NCBI RefSeq assembly: GCF_009914755.1
Contig: NC_060928.1
From: the human T2T-CHM13v2.0 reference genome, Homo sapiens
Strand: one strand, 5' to 3'
Length of the DNA stretch: 64,000 bases
Position numbers and translations under genes: made by a program. Of the stretch, positions 39,975 to 54,547 are shown one piece after another (position 1 is the first letter of the stretch; the number at the start of each line of letters is the position of its first letter). The notes beneath the pieces are model-generated. The model saw nothing but the letters and a program-made list of their open reading frames with translations. It made no database searches and was not told where the DNA came from.

Positions 39975-40223
39975 GTAAGTACAGATCTCAATGAGACACT
40001 GTCTTGCAAAAACTGTCTCTATATTTCAAAAAATAAGAGTGAATTTTTTCATTGTCCCATTTATCCATGAATATGAAGTATAATGGGTTCCTTTGTTCTC
40101 TTAAATATTAAATACTTATTTTCTATACTAATCCATCTGAAAATGTGTTTCATATACCTCAAAAATTACTGTTATGGGGATGTGCCTGTGAGAATTACTT
40201 ATTCTGTTTTCTACCATTTAAAG

Positions 40224-40283
40224 ATTTTCCAAATAGCCCGTTTGATTTCTCACGGACCAATGCCACAAAATAAACAATCTCCA
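40224..40283 (+). CDS. AMBN: Ameloblastin exon 10 (IFQIARLISHGPMPQNKQSP)
   Basis: tttaaag acceptor, gtaagt donor, 60 nt; inside ORF track 40083. Confidence 0.95.
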
Positions 40284-40379
40284 GTAAGTTTTTTTTAATA
40301 CCACATCTCTGTTTGCAATTTACTTAAAAGTTTTTCCATTGGAAAATGCATTTTGTGATAATGATTGTATTTTATTTAG

Positions 40380-40424
40380 CTTTATCCAGGAATGTTGTAC
40401 GTGCCTTTTGGAGCAAATCAATTG
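40380..40424 (+). CDS. AMBN: Ameloblastin exon 11 (LYPGMLYVPFGANQL)
   Basis: ttatttag / gtaagt, 45 nt. Confidence 0.95.
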
Positions 40425-40840
40425 GTAAGTCCATATTCTATAAAAAGTATTGTTTTTAATTAAATTTTATCTTAAGAGCTAAAATTCAAAAATCTAGGTC
40501 TCACACAAGAGATTCCAAATAAACATTCTCTGAACACCTACATTAGTACTGAAATATTAAGGAGGCAAACTTCCTATTTGGATAATCTTGGCCAGACACA
40601 CACACACACACACGCACACGCACACACACGCACACAAGGGTATTAAAGAAAAAACAAATTTTAGATCTGAATTATCCGAGTTGACTACATTTATTCCATA
40701 ATGACTCACCTCTCCACTTTGCCTCTGTACACAGCATTAATATTAAGGTTTAAGTGAAAACTAAATAACTTTTAACTTTGTCTTGAGTAGATAAGAAGGT
40801 AGCTGGTTCGTAATTTGACGCAATATTTCTTTTTGAACAG

Positions 40841-40885
40841 AATGCCCCTGCCAGACTTGGCATCATGAGTTCAGAAGAAGTGGCA
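40841..40885 (+). CDS. AMBN: Ameloblastin exon 12 (NAPARLGIMSSEEVA)
   Basis: tttttgaacag / gtgagt, 45 nt; SSEE phospho-motif. Confidence 0.96.
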
Positions 40886-41674
40886 GTGAGTAATGTCTTC
40901 TAACTCTTCTTAAAATAGTGGCCAGGGAAGAACAGTCACTTATGACTGGCTGCAAGAGACGTCTGCCATGAATGTAGCCAAATGAGCATGGGACTCAGAT
41001 TTTTCCACTCCAAAAACTAAGCTTAATTCTGAAGCAATATCCAAAGATTTCATCATGTTTCCTATGTAATCTTTCATTTCTGGGTGATGACTATTCTTGA
41101 GCATAGAGTTTTGCCCCATTGCTTGTAGATGAACAGAGGAGAAAACTCCCCTTGAAAGGCCGTCATTGAACTATAAACACTTCAAACCAAAAGGATACAT
41201 GTGGTTCATACAGAGTTCTTGTTCTTTCTGGGACGATTTAACCCCTCAAAACATCAAATTCAACAGCATTACAAGTAATTCAGATCTCAAAATTGAAAGA
41301 TCAAAAAGCAAAAGAAAACCAAGTTTAAAATGTGATTATTATAAATGTCAATGTGCATTGTCAATGAGCATATACTCTTATTATGTTATCATTATCCATG
41401 CAAGTTTAAGATTTGAGATCAATAAAGTCATACAACTTGACTTTTTCCCTAAGAAAATTTTTGCCTGTTACATCTGTTAGAGCACAAGGCAAGACAAAAC
41501 AAAAGCTATATTGAATTAACAAATCACTGTCAACTACAGATCCTGTCAAGTTAACAAACACACACACATATTATCTGTGAAAGAAAAATTACATCTCAGT
41601 ATTTTTGTGTGCCTTCCATGTGCCACACACATAGGAAAATACTGTAAACAAGACAAGGTAAGATTTTCGTTTTT

Positions 41675-41972
41675 GGCTGGGCGCAGTGGCTCATGCCTAT
41701 AATCCCAGCACTTTGGGAGGCTGAAGCGGATGGATCACCCGAGATCAGGAGTTTGAGACCAGCCTGGCCAACATGGTAAAACCCCGTCTCCACTAAAAAT
41801 ACAAAAATCAGCCAGGTTTAGTGGCGCGAGCCTGTAGTCGCAGCTACTCAGGAGGCTGAGGCAGGAGAATCACTCGAAACTGGGAGGCAGAGGTTTCAAC
41901 GAGCTGAGATCACGCCACTGCACTCCAGCCTGGGCAACAGAGCAAGACCCTGCCTTAAAAAAAAAAAAAAAA
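41675..41972 (+). mobile_element. AluS, intron 12
   Basis: Full dimer with A-tail. Confidence 0.93.
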
Positions 41973-42604
41973 GTCTTGTTTTCAAGGAACTTACAGTCTA
42001 ATGAATGGAAAAGATAGGTACAAGGGCAGATACCTAATGTCAAAATCATGGGCTAAAAGTAATAACAATTTTATTAGAGAGAAAGAGTCAGAGAGGAAGG
42101 GCAGTTAGCCCAGTCCAGGGATTCACAGTATCATCCCTGGAGGAGATGATGTGAAAGCTGAGAGAGAATGAAGAGTCAGGAGAAAGGAGAAGGAAAGAGT
42201 ATTGTATCTATATAGCACCAATACAAGTGGCTGGAAGTTCAAAATTCAAGTAAGTGTTAATTGCCATCACATAGTATTAATTATTTCTATTCTGCCTCAT
42301 TCCCAAAAGATTTTGTAGAGCTTATGAAAAACACACAATAAATATAACAAAAAATTGAAAGTAGGATTTAAAATGAGTCATAATTTCAAGAAAATCAGAA
42401 TACAGATATGCAAGTCACACAGGCCTGCTCAATTGCTACAAACAGCCTAAGATTTTGGACCCCATATTTCTGGCAGCAAAGGTAGAAAAAGAAACATGGT
42501 CAGTGCTGGTATTCTATTTGTCCACAAGAAGAAAATATTTTAGTTACTCCAGGGAAGTCACATTTTTTTTCTTAAACTTTGTGCTTTAAAAAAATTAAAG
42601 TCTT

Positions 42605-42733
42605 AGCTGGGTGCAGTGTCTCACCCCTGTGATCCCAGCTACTAGGGAGGCTGAGGCAAGAAGATCACTTGAGCCTAGGAGTTCTAGACCAGCAGCCTGG
42701 GCCGTATAATGAGACCCCTAAAAGAAAAAAAAA
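42605..42733 (+). mobile_element. FLAM-type Alu monomer
   Basis: agctgggtgcagtg...gatcacttgagcctaggagtt...gagacccc plus A-tail. Confidence 0.8.
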
Positions 42734-43148
42734 GTACATGGAACTTCATTTGGGGGACACTGAAAAATGCCATTGACAAGATTCTCGCTCAACAAATGCA
42801 GTTATGAATTTCAGTTCTTATTTGTTTTGTGATGGTAGTACTCATTTCAACTGCTTGTTTTCTTAAAATTAAATTCAAACTCACCTTTGCCTCAAGTCTT
42901 GCTTCTGCCCTGTTATCTCCCTTTTACGGAAATCATGCCGAGATCCACCCAGATAAGTGCAGAATCCTCTTCATTATGTTTCAAAGCCAGTTTAGTGAGA
43001 AATGAGCTTACACAAAGCTATCAATCAGCCAACTTCCTATTCTCCACCAGTTTTTTAGAGATCCTTGGTGAATGTGACCAGGTATAGCTGCATGGTATAG
43101 TTAATAGCATGTGATGATGGCATCTTTGACGAATGTTTTTTTTTCCAG

Positions 43149-43694
43149 GGCGGGAGAGAAGACCCAATGGCCTATGGAGCCATGTTTCCAGGATTTGGAG
43201 GCATGAGGCCCGGCTTTGAGGGAATGCCCCACAACCCAGCTATGGGCGGTGACTTCACTCTGGAATTTGACTCCCCAGTGGCTGCCACCAAAGGCCCTGA
43301 GAACGAAGAAGGAGGTGCACAAGGCTCCCCTATGCCGGAGGCCAACCCAGACAATCTAGAAAACCCAGCTTTCCTTACAGAGCTAGAACCTGCTCCCCAC
43401 GCAGGGCTCCTTGCTCTCCCTAAGGATGACATTCCCGGCCTGCCAAGGAGCCCTTCAGGGAAGATGAAGGGACTCCCCAGCGTCACCCCAGCAGCTGCTG
43501 ACCCACTGATGACCCCTGAATTAGCTGATGTTTATAGGACCTACGATGCTGACATGACCACATCCGTGGATTTCCAGGAAGAAGCAACCATGGATACCAC
43601 GATGGCCCCAAACTCTCTGCAAACATCCATGCCAGGAAACAAAGCCCAGGAGCCCGAGATGATGCATGACGCATGGCATTTCCAAGAGCCCTGA
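43149..43694 (+). CDS. AMBN: Ameloblastin exon 13, coding part (GGREDPMAYG...DAWHFQEP*)
   Basis: ttttttccag acceptor; 181 codons plus TGA; ORF track 43167..43694; exon sum 5+23+17+16+37+79+13+13+13+20+15+15+181 = 447 aa. Confidence 0.98.
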   Translation, partial: GGREDPMAYGAMFPGFGGMRPGFEGMPHNPAMGGDFTLEFDSPVAATKGPENEEGGAQGSPMPEANPDNLENPAFLTELEPAPHAGLLALPKDDIPGLPRSPSGKMKGLPSVTPAAADPLMTPELADVYRTYDADMTTSVDFQEEATMDTTMAPNSLQTSMPGNKAQEPEMMHDAWHFQEP

Positions 43695-44255
43695 CAGCTC
43701 TAAGATATTAGCTACTTTCTGTATGCACAAGCTTCCCAGCTTTGTCCCCACAGTGTACCTTTTTGCTAAAACACTTATTACCCTTCTGCAGCAAAGGCAT
43801 TAAAAGCGCTAAGCATATATTAATAAATGCAAGTGGCTAGAAATAGTGTAGGTCCCCTTCTTGCTTTCAATATCTTGTTGAAATAAAATGTGTCAATTGT
43901 CTCTGTGATTTAGAAACACTATTAATAACATCAGAGCAAGGTTCTAAGGGTCTCAGCATTTGATCATCACTTTTTCTTAGCTGTCTTAAGCATTATAGAA
44001 TTTCTCTTACCAGCATGACACTATTATATTCAGGAAACATGGCACTGCTTTTTTCTCTAAGCAAAGGCAAATATCCTCATAATTCTAAGCTAATTCATTT
44101 AAACTTTATTAAATGGGGATTGGTGGAAAACTCCTGACTGGTATTACTGGGTTTGGTATAATTTAATTTAAAATTCTCATTTATAGAGTATTTTATTTAA
44201 TCTAGTATAAAAAATCTAGCCTATTTTAAATAAAGAATTTTTCTCACTGAAATTA
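43695..44255 (+). terminator. AMBN 3' UTR with polyadenylation signals
   Basis: ATTAAA 43799; AATAAA at 43822, 43882 and 44229; the cleavage site actually used cannot be read from sequence alone. Confidence 0.65.
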
Positions 44256-44336
44256 TCAGGAATTGTATGCTTATTATTTATATAGATTTAAATGGTTCAA
44301 GAAAAGCATACTCATCCTCTACCTTTGCTTCTCTTT

Positions 44337-44760
44337 AATTCATTGTATTCAATTCATTCATTCTTTCATCAGAATTTTACTGAATATTCATGTCCTGGGT
44401 GCAGTGCAAGGTATCAAAGATACAGTCCCTTCCTTCAAAGCTTACAATGGACATGACTGACAAGTAGACAATCACCATAACAAAACCCTAGACCAAGCTC
44501 AATTACTTTACATATATTATCCCACAACAATACTGTGAAATAGATACACTCAACCCCACAGCACATGTGAAAAGTGCTATGAAAAGGCCAAGCACAGGGT
44601 GCCCCTGGAGCCACAGAGAAGAAGTGCCTAACCCAGCCTGAGGGTCATCGGAGAGTCTAGGAGGAATCAGACAAGTTTTCTCAGAACAGTTTCTAGAAAC
44701 GGTTTCAAGAGCGAGAGCCCTCACTCTCCAAGAGGAAGAAACAGAAAAAGAGCCATGTGG
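44337..44760 (-). mobile_element. L2 3' end relic
   Basis: ttcattcattc...ttttactgaat...gtccttccttcaaagcttaca. Confidence 0.55.
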
Positions 44761-45299
44761 GTGTCATGTGAAAATTAGCTCATTCCTGTGAAATATAATG
44801 TGGGAAAGGGGGATGCAGAAAATGACCCTTGCTTGTCACCAGGGCTAGGTTGTATCGAGCAGAGCTATACACCTAAATTAAAGGGCTCCCAGCCCAGATC
44901 TGGTCACTCCTACAAAGTAGCCTCCTACCCCCTTCTCTTCACCTTCTCCTAAGTGGCCCAACCCAGGTCTTCGACTCCATGAAACTCAAACTTCTCTACA
45001 TCCATTGATGGAGATTCCGTAGATGCAACCCACAAAAAAGAGCCCTGAGATGCCTCCCAACCTGGGGACTTCAGGAGGCTTACCAGGAGCATGTAGCCAC
45101 CACCTATTGCCTCCCTCTCTTTAAGCAGGGTTCTGCTCATCCTCACTCCATCAACTGCAGCTGAAAGAGAGATACAGAAGAAAAATTTCAGTTTGCCTCC
45201 CCTAGTGTCCCTGGCAAAGGTGCGAGGGTAGGAGAATGACCTCCATAGTAGCCAGCAGATACCCACTGAGATCTATCTTAGCATCGCAGACAGTTTCCT

Positions 45300-45500
45300 G
45301 AAAAGCAGTATGGTACAATACATATAAACAGATCTGGGTTCAAACTTTGGTATCACATCTTATTATCCATGTGACTTTCGATGTGAAACTTAATCTCTCT
45401 GTGCCTGTGTTTTCATTTCTATAATGGGGCTACGACCTAGCATAGAGAGTTGTTATGAGAATGAAATGAGATAAAGCTCACAGATGAAACTGCTGAATCA
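45300..45500 (+). mobile_element. MIR relic
   Basis: cagatctgggttcaaa...tgtgactt...cttaatctctctgtgcct. Confidence 0.6.
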
Positions 45501-45774
45501 TAGCAGTTTTCTTCTTTTCCAACTGATCCTTTTGGTAAAGAGTATTCAGCAAAACAGCAGCAGCAACAGTGGAAGAATGGAATTGTTCCCATTATCTGAT
45601 GAATTTGTGTTTTTCCATTAACACTCCAACCATTGCCCTGCTGGTCCTTCTTTGCAATTCAGAGCATGCTTTTGTGAGACACACATGCTGGTTTCCCCAG
45701 TGAATCTTGCCACAGCAGGGGCTCAAAGTTAGTCTCTCTTACTGATCATCTGGACACTTAATAATGGTAATAGC

Positions 45775-46094
<320 letters not shown>

Positions 46095-47838
46095 TCAACT
46101 TTGCAGGGGAGACAACATGTTGTTGAGTCGTTGAATAACATCTATCCCTGCCACTATTGTCACTTCAAATACTGGACCATTGGGCAAACACCAAGGTGGC
46201 CAGGGAAAGAGGCTAAATGTCACTCTCAGAAGAAGCCATATTGATTATTGAGAATTTCCTCTACTTTGGTTTTCTTCTACCAGGCATTTACATGAGAAAA
46301 AAAAAAATCTTCATACTGTGTCCCATTCTGAGAAGACTGTCCAGATAACCTGTCTTCTAGACCCTCCTTATCACCAATCTTTCAATTTTATTCTTTCCAA
46401 GTCCCTGACCAGGTGACCCATCTGGTACTAACCCTGAGTCAGTGTAGATCTGTATCACAAGCCATCGTCTCCTTCTACACAAAATAGATAACCAGAAATT
46501 CCATTTAAAGTTCTGCTCATTGAGTGGGGTTGTAGTACATTGATTGTCTACTTTCTGCTGATGCCAGAATACCATACAGAAATCCATGAGCCAGGAACAT
46601 ACTCATCAAGAGGAAGTATATGGAAGTCTAAACCACTTACTGGTGCAATCTAACTGAGCCCTCCAGACCTGCTGGAGCCTGATATCATATATGTTTCCAT
46701 TTAAAATAAAATGCTGTTATGTTCCATTTTATGGTTCAGTTGATCATATATCACACAGTTCAAGATGGGCAACTCAAATAACAATCATTTGGCATCCCAT
46801 AGTCAGGCATATTGTGTCTAGTGGAATCCAGTAGCAAGGCAAAAACTACTTTTTCACAAAGAAACCCCTAAGGTTCTGTGCTATTATTCTCCTATCGGGG
46901 CTTGCCACAAGTCTCATACAGCTGCAGATACTTCCAACACATTTGAGTCTTCTGGGTCATAATGCCCAAGTAACAAGGATGGACCCCTTTCATGTTCTGT
47001 CTACTCAAAATGTCCAGCCTTCTGAGTTATACAATATGTGGTATACTTTACCTTCAAAACACAAAGAAGTCCAACAAGAATTGTGCTTCTTTCTTTTTGT
47101 AAGGTGGTACAAGATGCAACAACTTGGAAACAACTTTAGCTATCCCAATATGCCTCAGGCTACTAGACCCCTAGAAATGTTGTTAGCACCGTTAATGTTT
47201 TGGTGTTTATCTTCTACCCTCTGGCTTGCTACCTCATGTTAATCCAATCCTGTTGCATTGTGTCTTCAATGTACTGGATGGGCATGATGTTCTATGGAAT
47301 ATAAAGAAGATCCAGTACCCTCAGGACTGTTAGGCTAGATTGCAGGAGAGTTGACATAGTCCTAGGGCAAGAGAGTATAAATTTACATTGTTCCTGTTTT
47401 TTAAAAGCAAATTACTTCTGATGTTTCTTACTGATTAGAACAGAAAGAAACAGCTACCAGATCACTAGCTATATACTAGGTGCCATGGGCTATGCTGATT
47501 TGCTCCAATAAAGTTATCACGTCTGGAAATACATTTGCAACTGGCATCATCACCTGATTAAGATTGCAACAATCCACTGTAATTCCTCATGACCCATTTA
47601 GCTTTTCCACCAGCCAGACAGGTGAGTTAAATGGGGAGGTGGTAGGACACCTTTTCTGTATCTTCCAAGTTTTCTATCATAATGCTAATCTCTGCAATTC
47701 TCCCTACAAGACTTGCTATCTTGTTGGGAGTAAGGAAGAAGGTGTACAGTTCCAGGGGCTTCCTTACACTTGGCTCTTCCTACTATAACTTTTATTCCAT
47801 TGGTATAAGAATCATTGTGGGATTATTATATATATCTA

Positions 47839-48526
<688 letters not shown>

Positions 48527-49166
48527 TCAGAACCACTTCCTAATAACCCCCCATCTTACACATTCTCCCTACTTAATTGCCTCAGGTCCCTCTGATAGTG
48601 GCTTAGGGAAACTATCATGGTATACAATTTGGCCACATTTCAAGGTTCTTCCTCATAGGAACCTGATGTCCCCTCAGTTGAGGGGCTTTAGGTCTGGAAA
48701 CTAGATAAGAAACTATACATCCCACCACAGCAATTTGAGTTAGGCTCAGTGAATGTAGAATTTTTTTTTTGTCTTTTTATGTCAAGCAGCACATTTATGT
48801 CAAGCGGAAAGTGGACAATCAATGTAGGACAGGATGTCTATCTATTTTTTCCTATAGACCTGTGATGAAGTAGCCATCATACAGAACCCTATTGGTCAAA
48901 ACATGCTGCTTAGCATTCCATCCTGTGGCTTATTGGTCATTGCATCCTTGTCTCTGAAAGATAAGCACCACCCCCTGGCCTCTGTCTACTATTTCAGACT
49001 CCTATTTTTCCCATTGAAATTCAAAAGCAGCATCCCTCGTTATCATATCTGGTCCACAGAGAAAAACTACAGTCTTCGTTTCTTAATGCCTTAGTGAAGA
49101 AAGCGTTGTCTGGGCTCTTCTGAGTAGAAAAGGGTGAAGAGTGAATCTAGAGGAGTAAATGCAATA

Positions 49167-49491
49167 CAGTCAGCCCTCCATATCCAGGGGTTTTTCATCT
49201 GTGGATTCAACCAACTGCAAATGAAAAATGTCATTGGATCTACAATGAACATGTACAGACTGTTTTTCTTGTCATTATTCTCTAAACAATACAGTGTTAA
49301 AACTATTCACAGAGCATTTACATTGTATTAAGTATCATAAGAAATCTAGAGTTGACTTAAAGTATTTGGGAGTATGTACATAGGATATATGCAAATACTA
49401 TTTCATTTTATATAAAGGACTCGAGCATCTGCAGATTTTGGTATCCTCAGGGAGGTCCTGGCAATCCCCCACAGATACCAAGGTATGACTG
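49167..49491 (-). mobile_element. MER2 (TcMar-Tigger) non-autonomous DNA transposon
   Basis: TIRs cagtcagccctccatatc / gataccaaggtatgactg, TA TSDs on both sides. Confidence 0.85.
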
Positions 49492-51789
49492 TACATCCAT
49501 TATGCCAATGTGTCAGGTGTGGCACACCTACCATTGGTGTAAAGACAATAATCTTTATGTAGTAAATTAATAACATTTTTAAAATTTACCTCATGTGATG
49601 CTGGTTTTCCATTTACAGACGCACAAAACAGATTTCTTTTAAAATAGATTTTCTTAAGTGATGAGATGTAAGAAAAAATATTAAGTAAATAGAACAGGTT
49701 GTGATTGGATATGGCAATAATCATAAAGACAGTCCATAAATGACTATGTACATGAATGAACTTTGGGAAAACATTGATTGATTTAATTCAACCTCCTCAT
49801 TTATGGGTGAGGAGACTAAAAGTCCAGAAGAGTAAGGTCTTTTTTGAAGTTTTGGCTGCTATTGGAGGCAGAAGAACCCAAGCCTCTGGATTTCCCATTT
49901 GTCACTCGTCCACACAGATCCTCCACAGCACTGAAGTATTCTTTTGAGAACCTAATGAAAGCTGTGAATTATTATTCCCAAAAACGTAAATGGAAACAAC
50001 ACGTAAAATTCTGCCTACAATGTCAGCGATTACTCAGACAGCCTAAAGTTCATTCACGGACCTAAAGTTAAGCAACCCTCATCTAATCATTTAAATACCC
50101 ACCAATGTGGAGTGTTATACAAGATGAAGCAAATATTTAAACTGACCCAGGCTAAGTGTCTGAATTTTTCTAGAACTCAATAACATTGTCTTTGGGAAAA
50201 TGAGTCTTAAACACATAAAAGCTTTGAACTTCTAAGTGTGTTTCTCTTCCTTCCAAAACTTCTCAGTACTAAAAAAGTTGACTTCTATAGACAGTATGTG
50301 GCTACCAGTCAAGTGACATCAACAGACAGACTGCTGCATTTTACAAAGAGAAAGATCAAACCAGAAGTTTAGTTGATTTCTTTCTTCCATAAACATTAGA
50401 GACTGGGGGTAAAGTAGAAACAGCAGCAACCACACTTCACAGAAGCCAGACGTTAGAAACACAAATTCCAGCTTTGAGGAATGATTATTATAAAGCTGTT
50501 TGTCATAATAACTTTTGCTGATGCCTTCAGCTGTCTCCCTGCACTTTCATCTTTCCCCAGGGTTCAGCAGCTTTCCAGCTGGAGACCCGCGCCTAACAAC
50601 CGGTTTGATAATTACTTAAAGATAAGCTCTAGCGAGCACAGAGAAGGAAATGACCGTGGGTTTTTCAGAGTGAATGTGGATTTGCATTCTAATTTATTCA
50701 CAAACTAGAAATGTATGGGTGTTATTTAAAGATGTGTTTTGGAAAAACTGACATAAAAAAGATCAACCCTGAAGTTATATGTCTAGCACGCTTTGGGTAT
50801 CTTTCAATGTGACTGTCTAGGGCTGTGCTGCCTCCAAGAAGCAAAGAGGACAGTTTCCCAGAAGACAGAAGCTTCAGCACTTCCATGGGTGGCTACTGTT
50901 ATTCCTCCTCCTCAGGAAAAATGAAAGAAAGAAATCCTGGTAGAGACTATCTCACTGTCTTGGATCTCTAGGGCTTTCTTTCATATCCGCCCAATGCCCG
51001 ACTATGCCAAGTCAGCTACTTTCAAGTCAAGTTTATGAAATGTAGCTTTCCCTTTAACAGCAGATTCTAGAAGACATAGCTTTTGCCTCTGTTTGGCAGT
51101 TTTGGAATTGTCAGTGCCAAGTGTATATATTGTTGTGAAAGATCCCATCCTGGTTCTAAGAGTTGTTACCTATCCCAGTTTCCTGGAGAATACATTTGTT
51201 CAATAACGATTGAAGCGAACACACGTACCAAGCACTGTTCCAGGCATTAGGAAAACAGTAAACAAAACACCAGATCTAGTGTTCCATGTCAGGTCATAAT
51301 AAGCCCTATAAAGAAACTAAACTGAATGAAGTAAGAGAGGGAGAAGGGATGTTGGCAGGGTCAAGGAGAGTGCTCTGGGGAAGTGACATTTGAATGCAAA
51401 GATTTCAAAACTGAGAAGTTGAGATGAACTGCCAAACACACACATTAAAAAAAAAAAAAACACTGCATGCTGAGGAAGCTAAATAACTTACTCTTTGGCT
51501 CAGAGGGGAATATGAGACCCATAATCAGAAGACTGCCTGATGCCTCCTTGACTGAAACATTTCCAGTCCAGTATTCTGTACTACTTTCTGCCACATTCTG
51601 AAGCACCTTCCTAGTCATGGTGTTAAACAGGTGGGGGTGTCAGTTCAGAGCCAGTGTCAATGAAATAAAAATAAAACAAAATTAATTAATTAATTAAACA
51701 GGTGGGTGGGGGGAACATGTAAATTAACCTGCATTCCATGCCTGGTTTCATTAGAACTTGAAAACATTTCTTCTTATGCAAGTGCCAAA

Positions 51790-52230
51790 CAGCAATATAG
51801 CATGGCAGTTTAAATCCCAATTCTACCCTTTCTTGTTTGTGACCCTGTTACTTAATCTCTCTGTGCCACAGCTTCTTTATCTGAAAACAAGACAAAAATA
51901 ATAATAATAGAACCCAACACTTAGAGTTAAGAGTAGTAATAAAATTCAATATGTAAAATTTACAACAGTGACTCACACATTTTAAGAGCTCAGTAAATAC
52001 TAGGCATTATTGTGCTCTTTAGGCTACTGATGTATGTAATATCAACTGTCATTACAATTATTAAAAAATTAATTATTTGTATAATATTTGTTTAAAATCT
52101 GCCTCCCTGCTAGCCTATAAGCTCTGTGATGGCAGGGATGACATTTGTCTTACTTCAGTATCTCTAGACTGCAGAACAGCGCCTGACACAGAATGTGAGC
52201 TAATAAATATTTACTAAATGAGTTAATGAA
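51790..52230 (+). mobile_element. MIR relic followed by L2 3' end
   Basis: ttacttaatctctctgtgcc; gctctgtgatggcagggat...gcctgacacag...aataaatatttactaaatga. Confidence 0.55.
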
Positions 52231-53409
52231 CTAAAAATGGATAATTTCCATAGTCATGGAAAAGAAAGGTTTTTATTTTGCCAATAAAAACCTCCAACGC
52301 ACACTGACTTAATGAGGCTTTAATCTAGAATTTACTGCTTGTTGTGATGAGAGAGATTTACGTAAGCAGTAGCCTAACTTTACTTTGTATAACCAGCTGT
52401 GTGTACATGCTCTCCTACTACTTATTGTCCATAACCACTTATCATAAGAACCAAAGTTAGTTAAGCTGTTGTGATTGTGACTGATCTTCATTCATTCAGC
52501 TAACACATTTTGGGTACCCACTAGGCCCTGGCACTGTATGGCACTGTACTAGCCGCTAGAGACAAAGTGATACCATGATGAGGAAACCTAGACACTGTGG
52601 TAAATGTTAGCACCAGAAAAAGGACATGCAGAGGACAGAAAAGCTGACTCCGCTGGGAAAGAAGGGGGAAGTTTCAAAAGAGGAGGGGATTTTTGAGCTG
52701 GCTCATAAAAAATATAGGGGACTATTCCAAGTGGAAGAAGTAAAGGGAATTCTAGGCTCAATAAACCACACATGCCGATGGACAAATATGTAGAAAGATC
52801 CAGAGAATCGGGAGAGGGGAAACAGAACACTATGACAAGAGTATCAGCATGTCAGGGAAAAATATGTGGTGTTATTTTGGGGAAAATAGGAGGAGGCCGA
52901 TGGTGACTTGCATGCCAAGCTAAGAAAGTTGCATTTTGTTCTGTAGTTCCCAGGGAACCACCAAGGGTGTTATAGGATTACTACTGGTTTGGGGAAAATT
53001 AATCCTGATAATCCTGATGGTACATGGAGGACTGGAGGGTGTAGTTGGATGAGCCACAGCTAGAGTTATGAATCCAGTTAAGGCTGTCTCTATCCTCTGT
53101 GTCTTTGTTCTTGTCTCTGTCTTCTCTATCTCCCTGACTGTATGTGAGTGTGTATCACACTCTCATTCTCGCTATCTCACTCTCCTTCTCTCTCTCTCTG
53201 CTTCTCCATTATCACCTGGTGTACTGAGTCTCAAACATAGAATGTGATATTTCCTGGGAATTTCTGATGTAGTGAAATGAACAATAAATTGAAAGTCAAC
53301 GTCCCCACGAACCTTAATCAGTGGTGCATACCCTAGAAAAATTAACTTATCTCTCTAGGCATTTACTTCCTTATCTACACAATAAAAGGGCTGAGTTACC
53401 AGGTTTTAT

Positions 53410-54180
53410 TTAATTCCACAAATATTTACTGAGCACCTGCTGTGCTCTAGGTGCTAGGGATACTGTAGTGAACAAAATAGACAAACTCCCTGCCTTTATG
53501 GAGCTTATGTTGCAGTGGAAGAAGACAGAAAACAAAATTTAAGCTAGGAAAATATGTGTTAATTGATGATGAGTGCAATGGAGAAAAATAAAGTAGAAAA
53601 GAGATTTAAAAAGATGATGAAGCTATAATTTTCATGAGGTAAGCCCTCTCTGAGAAGGCAGATTTGAGTGAAGACATGGAGGAGGTAAGGGAATGAGCCA
53701 TACAGACTTTGAGAAAAAGTATTCCAGACAAAGGGCACAGCCAGTGCAAACGTCTTGAGGCAGCTGTATGCCTCGTATGATCCAAAGTAACAAGGCCCAT
53801 GTGGCTGTAACAGAGGAGGGATGGAGAGTAGTAGGAGCTGGACATCAGAGAGGTGAGATCAGATTCCACAGGGTCTTGTGGGTACTGTAAGGACTGGCTC
53901 TAACACAGGCTGAGACAAGGAGCCACCAGAGAAGGGTCATGATCTGACTTATGTTTTTAGAATATCACTGGCTGGGGGTTTGAGAATAAACTGAAGAGGG
54001 GCAAGAAGCAGAGGAACCAGGAAGGTGGTAAGATTGAACCGCAGTGCATGGAGATGTGCAAAGCGAGCTGATCTTGAAGGCAGAGCTAACAGGATTGCCC
54101 AGGAATGACAGAAGAAAGGAGTCAAGGATGATCTCAAAGTTTGAAGTCTGTGGAACTGAAAGGACAGACACAGCTCTTTA
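53410..54180 (-). mobile_element. L2a fragment
   Basis: caaatatttactgagcacctgctgtgct...gtgaacaaaatagacaaactccctgcc...aggagtcaaggatga. Confidence 0.75.
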
Positions 54181-54297
54181 GATGACCCTTACATTTTCTT
54201 CTGACTCTGAGATTCTACAATTTGGAGAAGCTTTTTCTCTTTCTTTTTGGTGAAATCTTCCACTCATTTGGAAACTAGTTCTTAAAAAACAAAATGT

Positions 54298-54547
54298 AGC
54301 TAGGCTCAGTGGCTCACACCTGTAATCCCAGTACTTTGGGAGGCTGAGGCAGGTGGATCACTTGAGGTCAAGGGTTCAAGATCAGTCCATGCAACATGGG
54401 GAAACCCTGTCTCTACTAAAAATACAAATATTAGCCAGGCTTGGTGGTGTGTGCCTGTAATCCTAGCTACTCAGGAGACTGAGGCAGGAGATTGCTTGAA
54501 CCTGGGAGGTGGAGGTTGCAGTGAGTTGAGATGAAAAAAAAAAAAAA
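54298..54547 (+). mobile_element. Alu lacking its last ~40 nt before the A-tail
   Basis: ...gcagtgagttgagatg followed directly by A-run. Confidence 0.88.

Larger units (their letters stand above)
39497..40000 (+). repeat. Tandem triplication of a 174-bp intron-exon-intron unit
   Basis: Exon starts 39588, 39762 and 39936 are exactly 174 bp apart; shared flanks ctgataattttaatatttatct...atatag and gtaagtacagatctca.tgagacac. Confidence 0.97.

Noticed and set aside
39497-40000. 39-bp repeats with regular spacers as a CRISPR-like array
   Set aside because: The repeats are spliced AMBN exons and the spacers are homologous introns
43101-43751. Minus-strand ORFs overlapping exon 13 (likewise 38108-38610 over exon 6)
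   Set aside because: Shadow frames of GC-richer coding sequence; no independent evidence
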